Part shown: positions 23,930 to 36,906 of the stretch, piece after piece | How the letters are laid out: every line of letters starts with the position of its first letter | How positions within the stretch are numbered: position 1 is the stretch's first letter | Assembly (NCBI RefSeq): GCF_018350175.1 | Contig: NC_058383.1 | Coordinates: 1,736,001-1,800,000 of the forward strand | Direction: 5' to 3' | From: Felis catus | Taxonomy: Eukaryota | DNA: 64,000 bases | Made by a program: the position numbers and the translations under genes | The notes under the pieces: model-generated | The model's input: the letters and a program-made list of their open reading frames with translations, nothing else | What the model was told of the DNA's origin: nothing | Databases searched by the model: none

Positions 23930-24070
23930 GGTTTATTACCCAACTACGCTCAGAGGTGAGATGAAAACAGAAGCCTGGGGTGACCTGACCAAAGAGGGAG
24001 GCCTGAGGGCAGAGGTCATCAGCAGAGTCCGGGGAGGAGCCAGGCCCGATGCGCGTGGCTCCAGCCTCCA
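23930..24070 (-). mobile_element. MIR fragment
   Basis: tattacccaact...cagaggtgagatgaaaacagaagcctggggtgacctgaccaaag...gagccaggcccgatgcgcgtggctccag. Confidence 0.45.
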
Positions 24071-24169
24071 GTGGCCCGTGACCCCGTCGGGAACACGGCA
24101 ACACCCCCACCTCGTAGAGCTTCTACAAAAGAGGAAAAAAAAAAAACACCGTGTGTGAAAAGCTTCACA

Positions 24170-24900
24170 AGAAGGCACGGCTTCCTCCAGCACGGCTGGT
24201 GGAGGAAGCGTTCAAAGCGAAACGCTTACCGCGTGATCCAGACACGCAAGTTGACGTTGCGCATGCACACAAAACTCCCACACAAGCGTTTACTGCAGCG
24301 TCCTTCAAAAGGGCCTGGACGCACCAGCTCGCCCTCGCAAAGTGAGCGCACAGGTAGGCTATGTCGCGCCCAGACAACGGAGTGGGAGCTTGCTCTGGGA
24401 AGAAACGAGCCATCCGGCCGTGAGCAGACACGGCGGAACCCTGAAAACATACTGCCAGAGCAGCTCGTCTGGAAAGGCTCCACGCTGCACGACTCCAACC
24501 GCGTGATGTTCTGGAAAACGCACAGCTACAGACACGGGGGCACATCGGCGGCCGCCCGGGCTCTGGGGGGGGGGGGGGGGGGAAGGAGGGTGAGCTCGCG
24601 GGGCACAGGGATGTGAGGGCGGTGACATCGTTCTGTGAGGTGACACCGCCATGCTGCACGCACGACATCACGCATCTGTCAAACGACAGGACACACGAGG
24701 CTGAGAGCCGGCACTAACATAGGCTGTGGACCCAATTAATCATAACGTCGCCATCACGGTTCATCGCTTGTGACACACGGACCCGACTGATGCAAGGTGT
24801 TAGTAGCAGGACAGCCATCACTGAGACAGAGGAAGAGGATCATGGGAGGTCTGTACTCTCTGGTTCTTGCTCTTATAAACATAAATGGCTCGAAAAAATA
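24170..24900 (+). mobile_element. L1MC-type 3' end, strongly GC/CpG-shifted
   Basis: aagaaacgagccatccggccgtgagcagacacggcggaaccct...ctggaaaggctccacgctgcacgactccaaccgcgtgatgttctggaaaacgc is colinear with recalled L1MC1/2 3' UTR. Confidence 0.75.
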
Positions 24901-24909
24901 GAGTCTATT

Positions 24910-25290
24910 AATTGAAAAACAATTCGAATACATCACACATTATATGATTCCATTTACTTAATATCGTTGAAATGCCAAAAACAGCAGAGACAGAAAACAG
25001 AGTAGGGGTGATGGGTGGGTGTGGTTCTGGGGGCAGCAGGCAGAAGGTCCTTGCGGCGGGGGCACTTCGGCGAATCTGCACATGGGCTCACATGACACAG
25101 AGCCCCCTACACACACGCGTGCACACACACACACACACACACACACCACAAACACCAAGCGCCTGGTCTTAATACTGTGCTGTAATCACAGGACAGGTTT
25201 TCACGGCAGAAGCTGGGGGAAAGATATGTGGGGCCTGTCCACTACCGTCACGACTTCCTGTGGATCCGTAGTTGTTAAACAAAACTCAAA
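24910..25290 (+). mobile_element. Second L1MC/MD 3' end fragment with internal (CA)n
   Basis: cacattatatgattccatttacttaatatcgttgaaatgccaaaaacagcagagacagaaaacagagtagg. Confidence 0.65.
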
Positions 25291-25744
25291 GCCACCGACC
25301 AAGCTCTGGCACGGGAGGTTCACCCGGGCGCTCCTTCCCTAGCTGCCTGCAGCGCTCAGCAAACCCCCCGCAGCGTTCCAGGCTCCCACTGGTCTGCTCT
25401 GTGCCCTAGAGGGAGGCGCCCTCGGGTCGCGAGCGAGAGGCTGTGCAACGGCCCCGGCTCACAAGTGCCCGGCGCAGAGCCTGGTGCGCGGGACTCGCTC
25501 CACCACAATCTGTGGGACGAGAGGGCCGAGGAGAGGTGAGTGAGTCTGGGATCTTCCGATCCCTTTCCAGCTTCCCATCTGCCTGCGCTGGGCTCTGAGC
25601 GCAGGAAACCTTGCCTGAAGGTCAGCTTGTGCACATCCAGAGAGAATGTGAGAAAATGCTTGAACGGAACGCAATAAAAATAACCCACATCGAAACTGAT
25701 GTAGTAGGCATTTTTGATAAAAACTCTTAGAAAAGAACAACAAA

Positions 25745-25855
25745 GGGGGTGCCTGGCTGGCTTCTGTCAGCGGAGCGTGCAACTCTTGATCTCAGGGCTG
25801 TGAGTTCGAGCCCTACGTTGAGTGTAGAGATTGTTTAAAAAAAAAAAATCTCGAA
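25745..25855 (+). mobile_element. Short tRNA-derived CanSINE (older form without CT tract)
   Basis: gggggtgcctggctggc...gcaactcttgatctcagggctgtgagttcgagccctacgttgagtgtagagattgtttaaaaaa. Confidence 0.85.
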
Positions 25856-26689
25856 GAAAAGAAATGAAACAACACATAGCAGGGGATTCCATTAACGCAA
25901 TGAAGAGTATCTACGAGAAACAAACAGCATGTGTCATCCTCGGCGGTGAATTACTGAAGCTTCCGGAGATCTGCATGAGTCAGGGACATCACCACTGCCA
26001 CTTCCGCGTGACAGCCGACTGGCGGCCACGTCAAGAAGACAGGGAAAGGACAAACAAGGAAAGGCACGAGGACCCGAGAGGAAGAGGTGTGCCAGGGTTA
26101 TGCACCGACACGAGGCTCGTCTCTGCCCACGTAGCGAGGTCGGCAGGACTGCCGCGCACACGGTCAGTGCGTGTGCAGACACCAGTAACACACACGCACA
26201 CACGAGATTCTCAGAGACACCGTCAATGCTGCACCCAAGATAGAAAATATGCAGGGAAATGTCTAACAGTATGCATCTACGATGTTCTCATTCAGAAGAC
26301 AAAGTCCAGGTGTCATTTCTTCCCAAACTGATTTACAAATTCCCTGAATCCTTATCATGTGCCAGCAGAGTTTTCCACATAAATTAGCACTCTGATTCCG
26401 ATATGCGTAAGGACAAGCAAAGGACCAAAATTAGCCAAAATCTTAAAGAACAACAATTTTGAAGGTTCGCTACCAGGTATTAACACATCATAAATGGACA
26501 CAGAGTGGTGTTGGCGGAAAGACAGAAAGGGCCGACGGAACAAGAGAACCCAGAGGCTGGACTCCCCACGCCCAGTGCCTGGTGGCTGGTTATGGCCACA
26601 TGACACCACGCAGGGTAAGGGATATCTCTCAGTAAATGCTCCTGGGCCAACTGCATATTCAACAGAGAAAAAATAATCTTTTAAAAAAA

Positions 26690-26712
26690 ATTTAATGTTC
26701 TTATTTATTTTT

Positions 26713-26744
<32 letters not shown>

Positions 26745-26908
26745 ACATGAGCAGGGGAGGGGCAGAGAGGGAGACACAGAATCTGAAGCAGGCTCCAGGC
26801 TCTGAGCTGTCAGCACAGAGCCCAACGCAGGGCTCGAACTCACAGACTGTGAGATCACGACCTGAGCTGAAGTCGGATGCTTAACCGACTGAGCCACCCA
26901 GGCAGTCC
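26690..26908 (-). mobile_element. CanSINE (SINEC_Fc-like), antisense, with TSD
   Basis: Reverse head ...cctgagctgaagtcggatgcttaaccgactgagccacccaggc, (GA)n; flanks gagaaaaaataatcttttaaaaaa (from 26665) and gagaaaataatcttttaaaaaa (from 26909). Confidence 0.95.
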
Positions 26909-29900
26909 GAGAAAATAATCTTTTAAAAAATTTTAAGTGAGGCATGACCAACATGTAGCATTAGTTTCAGGCGGGAAACATAACGACTCAGCGTTTGTAT
27001 ATGCCACCAGATGACCACGAGCGTAAGTCCAGTTAACATCTGGGGAAAAATGATCCTGACACGTGCAGGCCAGGTTAGGTCACCCGTAAAAGGTGAGGCC
27101 ATAAAGCAGTTAGAAGAGCACAGTTAACTATCCCCATGACTCTGGTAGCAAAGGTCACGGTCATTAAGCTCACCAAGGCTCTGAAAGCGTCAGCACAACG
27201 GTAACGAAATCAGTCCGCTGGACTGCGCTAACATTAAAAGCTGCTACTCGTCAACAGACACAATTCAGAGAGAAGCAGCAAAGCCGCAGACCGGGAGATG
27301 CTGCGGCCGCATCTCCGACAAGCGGTTCGTGTTCAGAATAAGGAGAGAACTCGTACAACTTCAGGAGCAAAGGGCAATCAGCCCCTAAACCCTGCATGGG
27401 GAGGGCCAGCTCCCACGCGTCCTCCCCCCCCCCCCCCCCCCCCCGCCTCCCAGAGCACGACTGAAGCCACAGTCTCTAGGTTCTGGGGCAGACCCAGATT
27501 CTGGGCCACGCACGGGGTCGGGTGTCCACAGAACGGCCTGCAGTCCCACTGACACTGTGCGTGGGCATCCTCAGCCAGCCAGCACTCCACACCCCTGCAT
27601 GCCCGACACAGATGGGGCTACCCCTCCCCACCTCCAGGGTGTCTACCCCACCAAGACCACCACCCAAGGAGGACCACCACCCCACTCAGGGACCTTTCAA
27701 AGGCGGGACATCATCACTACCTACCACAGACTCTGACTCCCCCTGTAAGTAAGGCCCAGTGACCTGTGCCCTCCTCTCAAAGACCACTGCACTCTGGAAT
27801 CTGGGGTCAGGGAACGGTTAGGATGTAGAAAAGAGTTAAGCTTCTGTTTTCATTTGGTTTTTTAATTTCTCGCTAAAAACTTACCTTTAGCTGCTCGGCT
27901 TCTATAAATAACAAGATTCTATAACCATATTGTGGAATATTAGGGGCCCACTGGAAATAGCTCATCTCAAATAGGAAAATGGTTTGTGTTCACCCACTTC
28001 TGGAAGGCAATTTTCAATCGCTTAAAATAGTCGTGGTATTTTACCAAGGTGATTACACTCTTAGCTATCAGTAACAATTAAACCCTTAGACGAGAGCCGC
28101 TTAATAAGGTCTCAAAATAAAACCGCGCACTCCAAGCACTGCGTACCGAAATGTCAAACACACAAGCAGGGCCCTCGGTGGACACGGGAGCCCAGAGCCC
28201 ACGCTGCGGCCCCGCCATGTGGCAGGGGCACCACACACACCACTCTGTCCCGGGGGACGGGCAAGGACAGGGAAAGGCCAGCAACCAAAACACCCCAGAG
28301 GTGCCCTGACGAGGAAGCATCTGAACAGGGGCCGCCGGGCTAGCATCTGACACGCTGCGGAGCCCAGGTCACTCGAAGGTGAAGGTGGACGTGCACCCGG
28401 CACCGAGCAGGGAGCAGCAGGCTGGCCGCGCCCCTGCACAGTCGGGCCTGATGAACAGCCTCATCACCCCGCTGGCTGGCGAGGCGGGTCCCCGTGAGCC
28501 GGGCCCGGGGCTGTGCAGGAGATTGGTATCGACCCATCGGGAACGTGCCTTCGAGCGACAGTCAGTATAAGCCATCAGTCAGCGCAAGGCAATCAATACC
28601 CACTCTCGCCCTAACTCAGCAAGGCCGGTGAGCGCAGCGGGTCAGGGTGAAGACTGAATTAGGCCAGGAAGTGCCACTGGCTTCCAACCTGCTGAGACAG
28701 GAAGAATGGAAATTTCCTGCCTCGGAACCCGAGCGGTGACCTTGCGGAACAGAAAATGCCCGAGAAGGAAGCTGGGTGCTTCCTACTCACAAAGGCGGGG
28801 CGCGGTCTGAGCATGGAGGGGGTCACACCTCCCAGCACCGTCATGAGGCACCTGTGTGGACGGGGACTCCCCCAGGGATTCACGCGTGTCAGGGAGAACC
28901 CCAGTGATCTCGGCAAACAGAGAGGGTGTGGTGCTCGCTCAGCAGGACACCTACGGAATCAGGGGTACAGGGCATGGCCGCTGTGCCCGGCAACAGGAAG
29001 TCTCCGAAGCGCTCCACGTTTTCTCCTATCGACAGGCAGCGTGCAGACCGTCCCAGGGGACTCACTCGCTGTGAACGCAGGACGCACCGGCCCCCGCAAG
29101 GGACTGCTTCCCTGAGCTGCCCCACCGCCCCCTCCAACACACAGAAGTAAGAGTACTTTGCAAACCCACAGGACGTTCGTGTGAGTGACGCCGGCTTCTC
29201 TCAGGCTCCAGCGGCTGGGGTGCCCCTTCCGGGTGGCACAGCCCTCCAGCCCACCCCGGCCCGCCGCACAGGCCCACTCCCCGCATCGGGCAGGGTGCCG
29301 ACCTGGTAGGCGCCTGAACCTCCGAGTCTTGGCGTCTACAGCACCTCCCGCCCTTGACCGCACGCGTGGCAGGCCAGGCCAGGAGGTTTCTGCAGATGGA
29401 ATTACGTCAGGGACCCTAAAACTACGGGACCACACCGCCCATGCCGGCCAAGCCGCGTGAGCTCTGAGAAGCAGGGAGCTTCGCCAGCGCAGCCGGGAAA
29501 GGAAGCCGCCGAGACGTGAACCGTGACAGGACATCAACGGCCTGTTGCTGGAGGGACTGCAGGGAGAGCGCGAGCAAGAACGCGAGCCGGCGCCAGCGGT
29601 GAGGACAGCTGGCATGGACCCATGGTCCTACAACCACACGACCGAGTTCCACGACAAGCCCAGCGAGCCTGGGCATAAACTCTCCCGGCGGCTGGCAAGG
29701 GTGAGGCCGGTACCTGCCGCGGGCTGGTGGGGTCTGGGGCCCAGGGCGCGGCCGGGCCTGCCCACAACTGCCAGATGACACACTCGTGCCAGTCCCACTG
29801 CCACGGCTACGGTACCACCACAGCAGCCACGGAAAACTGGCGAACACGGGCTCCTCATAAGGAAGAACTTGGCTCGCCTGGCGACGCCACGGTCCCCCGC

Positions 29901-30029
29901 CTGCAGACCAAGTGGGAGCCCCAGCCACCACCTCCGGCCCAGCGAGGAGCAGCCCATCCCTGGAGACACGGGCGCGGGGGTCGGGGACTCCCAGGGGGCC
30001 ACGCTGCAGGGTTCCACGAGCGCCCTGCT

Positions 30030-30560
30030 GGGCACCCACCCCGAGAGATGAACACTCAGGTCCGCACGAAACCTGTGGGCCATCACTTCGAGCAGCTGTA
30101 TCTGTGACAGCAAAACCTGGAAACTACGAAACGCCCTGAGCGGTGCAGAGTCCCGCTCGACAACAAAGAAGGACCACATGCTGACCCAAGTGCGACCCAG
30201 GTGGACGAGGGCCACACGCCGAGGGGAAAAGCCAGTCTCAAAGGGCCACGCGCTGTATGATTCCATGCTGACCACGTTCTTGAAAGGACAGAACTTTGAG
30301 GACAGAAAACAGATGAGCAGCTGCCGTGCCAGGGTGCAGGAGGGGAGGGTGTGACCGCACCTGCAGGGGAGGCCGTCTGGCACCCTGAGGGCGGGGGTGC
30401 CCACGCGGATCTACATACACGTGCACCAGGATCAGAGCGTGGCACCAAAATTACATGCCACGTCATCACCGGGGAAACCGTGTGACGGGTTAAGGGACCC
30501 TCCTGTGCTATCCTCGCAACTCCCAGCGATCTACGATTACTGAACAAAAACAAAAAGCTG
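30030..30560 (+). mobile_element. L1MC/MD 3' end fragment, GC-shifted
   Basis: aaagccagtctcaaagggccacgcgctgtatgattccatgctgaccacgttcttgaaaggacagaac. Confidence 0.7.
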
Positions 30561-32399
30561 AAGATACAAAGTCATCACCCGGGGCTAACACGCTGGGTGA
30601 GGGGTCGTGGGGGGTGGGGGGTGGGAGTCGGGGGTCAGGGTGGCAGGAGAGGGGCTGGGATGACCCGCGTGCTGTGGGCTGGGGGCGGGCACGTCCATGG
30701 GAACACGCGTCTGGTTCATGAGAGCTCGGGGAAGAAACACGGGGAAATATTCACAGACGCGTGCGCACACGTGAGTTGGGACACACGCTTCCCGGCCCTG
30801 CGGGCTGAGAGGGCCACGGAGAAGCAGCGCACTCACGCGGCTCGCGGATCCTGACGCCGTTCTCCAGGGAAGGGGATGGGGTCCTGGAGCGGCGGCTGGC
30901 GCCGGGGTGGGTGGGACACACCTGGATGAGCCCAGGGCACCTGGCGGCCCCCGACAGCAGGGAAGTGGGGGGGGGTACACCCCCACACTGACAACTGAAA
31001 GAGCTCCCGGCGGCCAATGGGACAAATTCAAGCAGCACGGCGGTAAAACCCAAACCTACAACACATCCCCGGGAGCCCGCCTGATATGCCTAAGTGTCCA
31101 AATTAACGGATAAACGGAAAGCAGAGTCGAACCTCACGCAGAAGAGTCCAGAATGGAGCTACTGCGCCCTCTAGGAGGGGCGTGACCCCCAGCCCCCAGG
31201 TGTGGCCGTGCACCGTGGAGGGAGAGACCCGGCTGACCCGGCACAGCCGGGTAAGCAAGGCCAGCGTCCACACGGGGAAGTCAGGCTACGGCCGGGGCCC
31301 TTCCCTGCAGGGCTGCCCCGTCCCCCGGGGGCCTGGGAGGAAAGCCTCGGACACACCCCGTCCAGCACCTGCCACGGGACGCCCGCGCCACACTCCTGGC
31401 GGTGGACTCATCCACGCAAGGAGTCCGAGAACTGTCATGGCCCGAGGAGAGGTGACGACCCACCGTGGGGGGGGTCCGAGACAGAGAAAGGGCTGAGGGG
31501 CAATGAAGCAAACAGGAGGACGACACAGACTTCAGTCAACGGCCCTGGTCAGGCCTGGTCCCTGAGCAGTGACGACCGTTCCAAGACCATTTTGGTCTAA
31601 ATCACAGACTATTCCAGAAAATAAGTTTTATTAAAAATAAAAACACGAATGGTTTGAAATCAAGTAAGACCCCATCAGCAAGACCCACGGGAACAGCAGT
31701 CACCCACCCAGCTGGACACGAAACGGGACGGAAGCCGCGAGAGCTCGCCACGACACTGGCCAGACAGCCCCGAAGATGGAGCTCCACACGCCCCCCTGCA
31801 CGCACAGCGGCAGTCATAGGCTCCCCGCTAAGACCGCTGGACCAGCCACAACACCCTGTGGCCAAGGCGCCACGGGAGCCTGGGGTAAGAAGGGGCTGTC
31901 CCCAGGGGAGGGTTGGAGAAGGTGCCTTCCGGACCGACGGGGAACAGAGACGCAGCCCGTGCGCACATCCAGGCGGGACACTGTGCCCCAGCTGTGGTTC
32001 TGAGCGGTGCACATGCGGGACGGGCAGGCGGCAGACAAGGCGCTCCAGGCCGTGCCCCACGGCTCAGGCCACCGGCGGCCCGCCGTTCCCGAGGCCCTGG
32101 AGGAGGACGGAATGAGCCACACGCACCCACCACCGGCAAAGCTCCACCAGGGTGACCGCCGACCTGCCCAACCAGCCTCACCCCGGACGCCCTCCACGAA
32201 CCCTCGAGAAGCCTCCTTTCCTAAGACGGCCGCACACTCCACTGCCCACGTGCGACAGCACTCCCACGCGGCCTCACACGCAGGGCACCCCTGGTCCAGG
32301 ATGGGGGGCTGCTTTCCCACGGCACGGGTGACCCGGGGCCCCCCACAAAGAGGGGATGCTCTGCACCCGTGGCTCATGTTTTCCCTTTAGAACTCGTAT

Positions 32400-32860
32400 C
32401 GCATCTGGAGGTCCGTCCCTCGTCCCCCCCACCCCCATTTCGTCCACATCCAGCCTGTCTCTGGCAGCCACCAACCTGCTCCCCGTGTCCAAAGATTCGC
32501 TGTGTCGTGTCGCTCGGCGGTGTCCTCCAGGCCCGCCCGTGGTGTCACACACGGGCGGGGTTTCCTTCTCTCCCGTGGCTCAACGATAACCCGTCGGGCA
32601 CCTACCCGGCGCCTCCTTCCCCCGCCCAGCGCTGACGGGCACCGGGGCCGCGTGGCCATGAGCGATGCTGCGTCAGGGGGGTGCAGACGTCCGTGCCACG
32701 CACCGGATTCCCTTCCTCTGGGTGGGTGCCGGGCGGGGGCGTGCTGGAGGGTGCGGCGGGCCCGGGTGGACGTGCCTCGGGAACTTCCACTCCATCTCCT
32801 CGCTGTGACTCTCGTGAGCGCTGTCCCCGCGGAGCCCGTCTGGCGGGCACCCGGGGCCGC
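32400..32860 (-). mobile_element. Highly decayed L1 3' fragment, antisense
   Basis: ctctggcagccaccaacctgctccccgtgtcc...gtttccttctctcccgtggctcaacgataaccc...gggaacttccactccatctcc. Confidence 0.5.
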
Positions 32861-34564
32861 TTCGGTGCATGGCACCACTGCTCGTCCCGGGGATGGGAAA
32901 ATGGGGACGCAGAGGGACCGAGCGCCTTCTCCAAGGTCACAGGTTAAGGTCCCCTGCCCGTCACCCTGGAAAAGCCCGTGCTTCCCACGTCACGGACCGC
33001 AGCCCGTCCTGGCCTCTCGCTCACAGCAAGTCAGGCACAGACAGCCCACGCAGCCCTGACGTGCCGAGGCAGCTGTGCCGTGGATGTGCCCTCCCGGCGG
33101 CTGTGCCTCCTGCCCCAGCTCCCTCTGCCCGTGTTCCTGCCCATCCCCCCGTTTTCCACGGAGCCAAATTCTGCGAGTGCCCCTCTCAAACCGAGCCCTC
33201 GGGCCGCGGCTCAGCGGTGGCTTCCGCTCCCACGAAAATCCCATCACGGTTGGCGTGTGCGCGTGTGTCCCTCCTGCCCGTCCGGCTAGACTACAGGCAC
33301 TAGAAGGGCCGTGACCCAGAACCTGTGCAGGTGACCTGGTGGCACGCAGTACGTGCTGGGGAAGGGAGGGAGGAGGTGGGGGCACGAGAAGGCGGCTCCA
33401 AACCCCTGCCCGTAACCGTCCACAAGCACCAAGGCCACGGGACCGCGTCCTCGTCTCTGCCAGAGGCAGCCCAGGCTGTGGGGGTGGCCGCCTGCAGAGC
33501 CAGGATGACAGGTGTGGTACCCAGGGCCTGTGTGCAGAGCTCGGCTGAGCCTGACCTGGGAAGCCCTGGACCCAGGGCCCCGAGGGATGCCAAGGCTCTC
33601 GAGGGACACCACGGCACGGCAAGGAACGTGCTGGAGAAGCCACAAAATGGCGGGCGCTTAGCAGCTGAAATACGACTTATCCCCTAAAACCTTCATAACC
33701 AGGTGGCCCCAGAGCCAAAGAGCCTCGGTTTTCATTAGAAACAATCTGGGCCCTCGTGGCCTGACACCGGCCCACGCGGCCCACACGAGGCCGGGTCGGG
33801 CGCAGGCGGGAGGGGTTTTTGTCCAGCAAGCTGGACACCCCGTCCGTGCCTGGAGAGCGTGTGGGGACAGACGCAGGTTCTCTCCTCCCCGTCTTCTGAA
33901 ACTTCAGCATTCACAGCAGCATTTAAATGACGCCGTCCCACAGAAAACCCTGATCCGCGCTCCAGCGGGCTCCGTCCAGCCAACATGGGAAGCTCTGCAG
34001 GCACAGGACGGTCAGAGAGAGCCCGCCCCACACACGAGGCCCAGCGCATCTCGGCCCCGGTGAGAGTTCTCAGTCCAGACCACGGGCCACAGACCCACCG
34101 GGATCTGGTCACTGAAGGAGGGGAAGGCTGCTCTCGCCCCTGGCCCAGGGAAGGGGTGACCCCGGGTCAGCGTGCGGCCCCGGCCGCCCCGCCCCTCACC
34201 GGGAGCGCTAGGTCGCCGGACGGCCGTCCAGAAGGGGACCCACACCTGGGCCCTCCAAGTCCCAGAGGGACCTCCGGGGTCTGGAGAAGTCTTTGCTGTG
34301 ATTCAAGAACCCCGCGAGCATGGCGGGACGGAGGCACAGCCTGACGAAGCCCCGACTCCGCAGGGAGGCGGACACCTTCTAAGGGGACCCCAGGCAGCCG
34401 CACACGAGCCCGATGGCCCGAGGAGCCGGACGCGCCTCACCGCAGTTAAAACCGCCCTCGGGCTGGCGGCGATCTCGGGAAGCCTGGACGTGGTGGGGAC
34501 GGGCTGGCGGCCGCCGGCCAGGGGAGCAGAGGCCGGGACGGCGGGCCCCCGCCCGGCCCCGTAC

Positions 34565-34709
34565 CTTCGTCAGCAGCAGGACCCGCTTCTGGAGTCTCCG
34601 GGCCAGGGCCTCCTGTGTCTCCCGCCTCTTCCTCTCCTCCAGCAGCTGGCCGCTGGCCTGGCGGACCTCCTCCTGGAGCTGCTGCCGGACCTTCTCCAGC
34701 CCACGGGCG
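34565..34709 (-). CDS. MAD1L1: Internal coding exon of MAD1L1 (MAD1 coiled-coil region; equivalent to human exon 12), 145 bp, preceded by a phase-2 and followed by a phase-0 intron
   Basis: Minus strand reads ...ctcactgctctgccctgtctcctttccccgcag|C GCC CGT GGG CTG GAG AAG...CTG ACG AAG|gtacgg. 1 nt + 48 codons = [48 protein letters not shown], nearly identical to recalled human MAD1 [48 protein letters not shown]. Canonical AG/GT, a polypyrimidine tract, and a branch-like CTCAC ~30 nt upstream. Confidence 0.96.
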
Positions 34710-36719
34710 CTGCGGGGAAAGGAGACAGGGCAGAGCAGTGAGGCCTGGCCCGCAGGATGGCGCCCCCGCCACGGCCCCCCGGGACCAGGACGAGCCCGTC
34801 ACGTAGGTCCCAAAATAGAGCCGCACGTGCAACCGGCACGCTGCCATTTCCTTACTCGTGAATAGCTACTTAGAGCTTTTCAGGAGTTTCTGGATTTCAA
34901 AGAGACACCCAGGGTGATCCCAGAACACGGCAGGCAGCGGGGGGAGGGGGGGACTCAACCCCACACACAATGGGAAAAATTGTCAGCAGCGCAGCGCTCC
35001 GGGGAGACAGCACTTCTGAATGAGCTAAATTACCGGCAAGCACTTCCATCCGGATCACAGCAGCCAGATGTGCCGCGGGTGTGGGGGAGCCCCCGCCACC
35101 CGGAGGTGGGGCCCGCTCCCCCAGCGCTGCCCCGCCGGACGCCAGCGGGGCTCCGACAACGGCCGGGGTGCCCCGCAGCGGCTCCCCCTCCCCCCCCACA
35201 GGCCAGACCCCCGGCACGCGGACCTTGCCCGTGGGTCCCACCGGAGCCCCATGCGAGTCGTCCCTTCAGGGGGCAGATGACAGCAGGGGGGCCCAGGTCA
35301 GGGCTCCGGGCTCCTGACCACCCACAGGCTAACACCCGACTCCCTGGCCCAGCCCCGAAGCACCTTCAGAGCCCGGCCTGTGCCCCAAAACGCGCTTGGC
35401 CCCTCAGTCCTGCCCGGGGCCGCCCTCTGCTCCTGACCTGTTCCTAAACAGCAAACGGCAGCCGGCACCCAGCGCTCGTGGACAACCCGACTCCCGAGAC
35501 CACACAGCCTCGCGATTCTGCACGCAGGGTGGCCGTCCCCGCGGCCTGACGGAGGAGACGATGACCAGGGGAGGGGCCGCGAGGGGAGGCGTCCCCGGAC
35601 CCCGCAGGGCCGGGAGGCACCTCTTCCGAAGGAAATGCAGAAACACGGTGTCTTCAGGATGTGCTGAGAGCTGACGCACGTGGCGCTCACGCAGGCGGCA
35701 CGGTGAGCCGGGGCCACGCCGGGGAGGGCGCCCGTGGGCTCACGTCACACCTGGCCTCCCACCGCGTCCTTTCCGCTTTGACCCCACGACCTGAAGGAAA
35801 CCTCACTTCCCGGGGACGGCGGTGGACGCTGTCTTCGGAGGCGGCGTGCGCCAAGCCCACTTCCCTCCCGCACGAGTGTGCGGTTTCTGCTCTCATCTCG
35901 TAGTTCAGTCTGAGCGTGCGCATGAGTCACAGAGGGAGCGGGTAGGAGGCTGGGCCGGCCCAGCGCGGGAACCCCCGTCAGTAGCTCAAGGGTTCAAGGG
36001 AACGGTGACCGGCCGCACCTGACTCCTCTTGGTGCCCCGCAAAGACGTGAAGTAAGACAAAAGACAGGTAAAAACAGTCATTTGAAACCGGCCCGTTAAG
36101 AGGCTATTTTCAGTTCTGATTCAACTTGACGCTGTGCACAGGCCAAGTTAATAATCGAGAACTGAGATCAACTCCAGATCCACGGGACCCAGGTGGGAGC
36201 TCACGAGTGCCTTGAAACAGCGTTCTGACAACCGGCAATGTAACTACAAGACCGGCAGCGTCCCCTCGCTCATACACGCAAGGCCGAGCCGCCGTCCAGC
36301 CAAGCTCAGGGATAAGGAGCCACGGACAAGCCGCCCTGAGCACAGGCTTGGTGGGGACGGCCTTGGGGGAGTCTGAGAAGCCCCGGGTCCCCCCACGTAG
36401 GAGCATGATGCCCACACATCCATGAGGGGGTCAAACCAGAAAGTTCCCCAGCAAGAGCGGGTAGCAGCCAAGAGGCAAGCCGGGGCACAGGACGCCCACG
36501 TCTTAGTCTGCTGGCTGCCAGCTCCGCGTGCTTAAATCCCCCCTTAAATCACAAGAGGGCTTCAGCCCCCAGTACCTGGTGGGGCCCGCTGCCCAGTCCT
36601 GGATGTCACAGACACATCGCATCGGCCGAGAGGCAATGGGAAGGCAACGGGGCCCAGGCTGGCAGTCAGAAAGGGAACCTGGCCAGTCAGGTTCCCAGTC
36701 AGAAAGGGAACCTGCCTCA

Positions 36720-36906
36720 GGGGCACCTGCGCGGCTCAGTCGGTTAGGCGTCCGACTTTGGCTCAGGTCATGATCTCACGGTTCATGGATTTGAGCCCTG
36801 AGTTGGGCTCTGTGCTGACAGCGTGGAGTCTGCTTCGGATCCTCTGTCCCCCCACCTCTCTCTGTCCCTTCCCAGCTCGCGCTATCTCAAAAATAAATAC
36901 ACATGA

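Larger units (their letters stand above)
25680..27390 (+). mobile_element. Decayed L1 ORF2 remnants interrupted by SINEs and a short antisense L1 3' piece (~26931-27040)
   Basis: tttgataaaaactcttag; catttcttcccaaactgatttacaaattccctgaatc; ttagccaaaatcttaaagaacaac; aacattaaaagctgctactcgtcaacagacac. Antisense piece: gcattagtttcaggcgggaaacataacgactcagcgtttgtata. Confidence 0.7.
1..34564 (-). other. MAD1L1: MAD1L1 intron downstream of the exon (continues beyond window start)
   Basis: The next expected exon (ERDGMRAILGSYDSEL...) was not found by eye in 1-34564; MAD1L1 introns are known to be tens of kb long. Confidence 0.8.

Noticed and set aside
25745..25855. Possible tRNA gene
   Set aside because: It is a tRNA-derived SINE head with a damaged A box and an A-rich tail; no intact cloverleaf.
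31160..31180. CTCF-like motif (CTCCTAGAGGGCGC on minus strand), and similar ones near 17259 and 19140
   Set aside because: Each mismatches core positions, and such near-matches are common in GC-rich DNA.
34172..34865. ORF-track entries overlapping the MAD1L1 exon
   Set aside because: They are antisense or wrong-frame shadows of the real exon.
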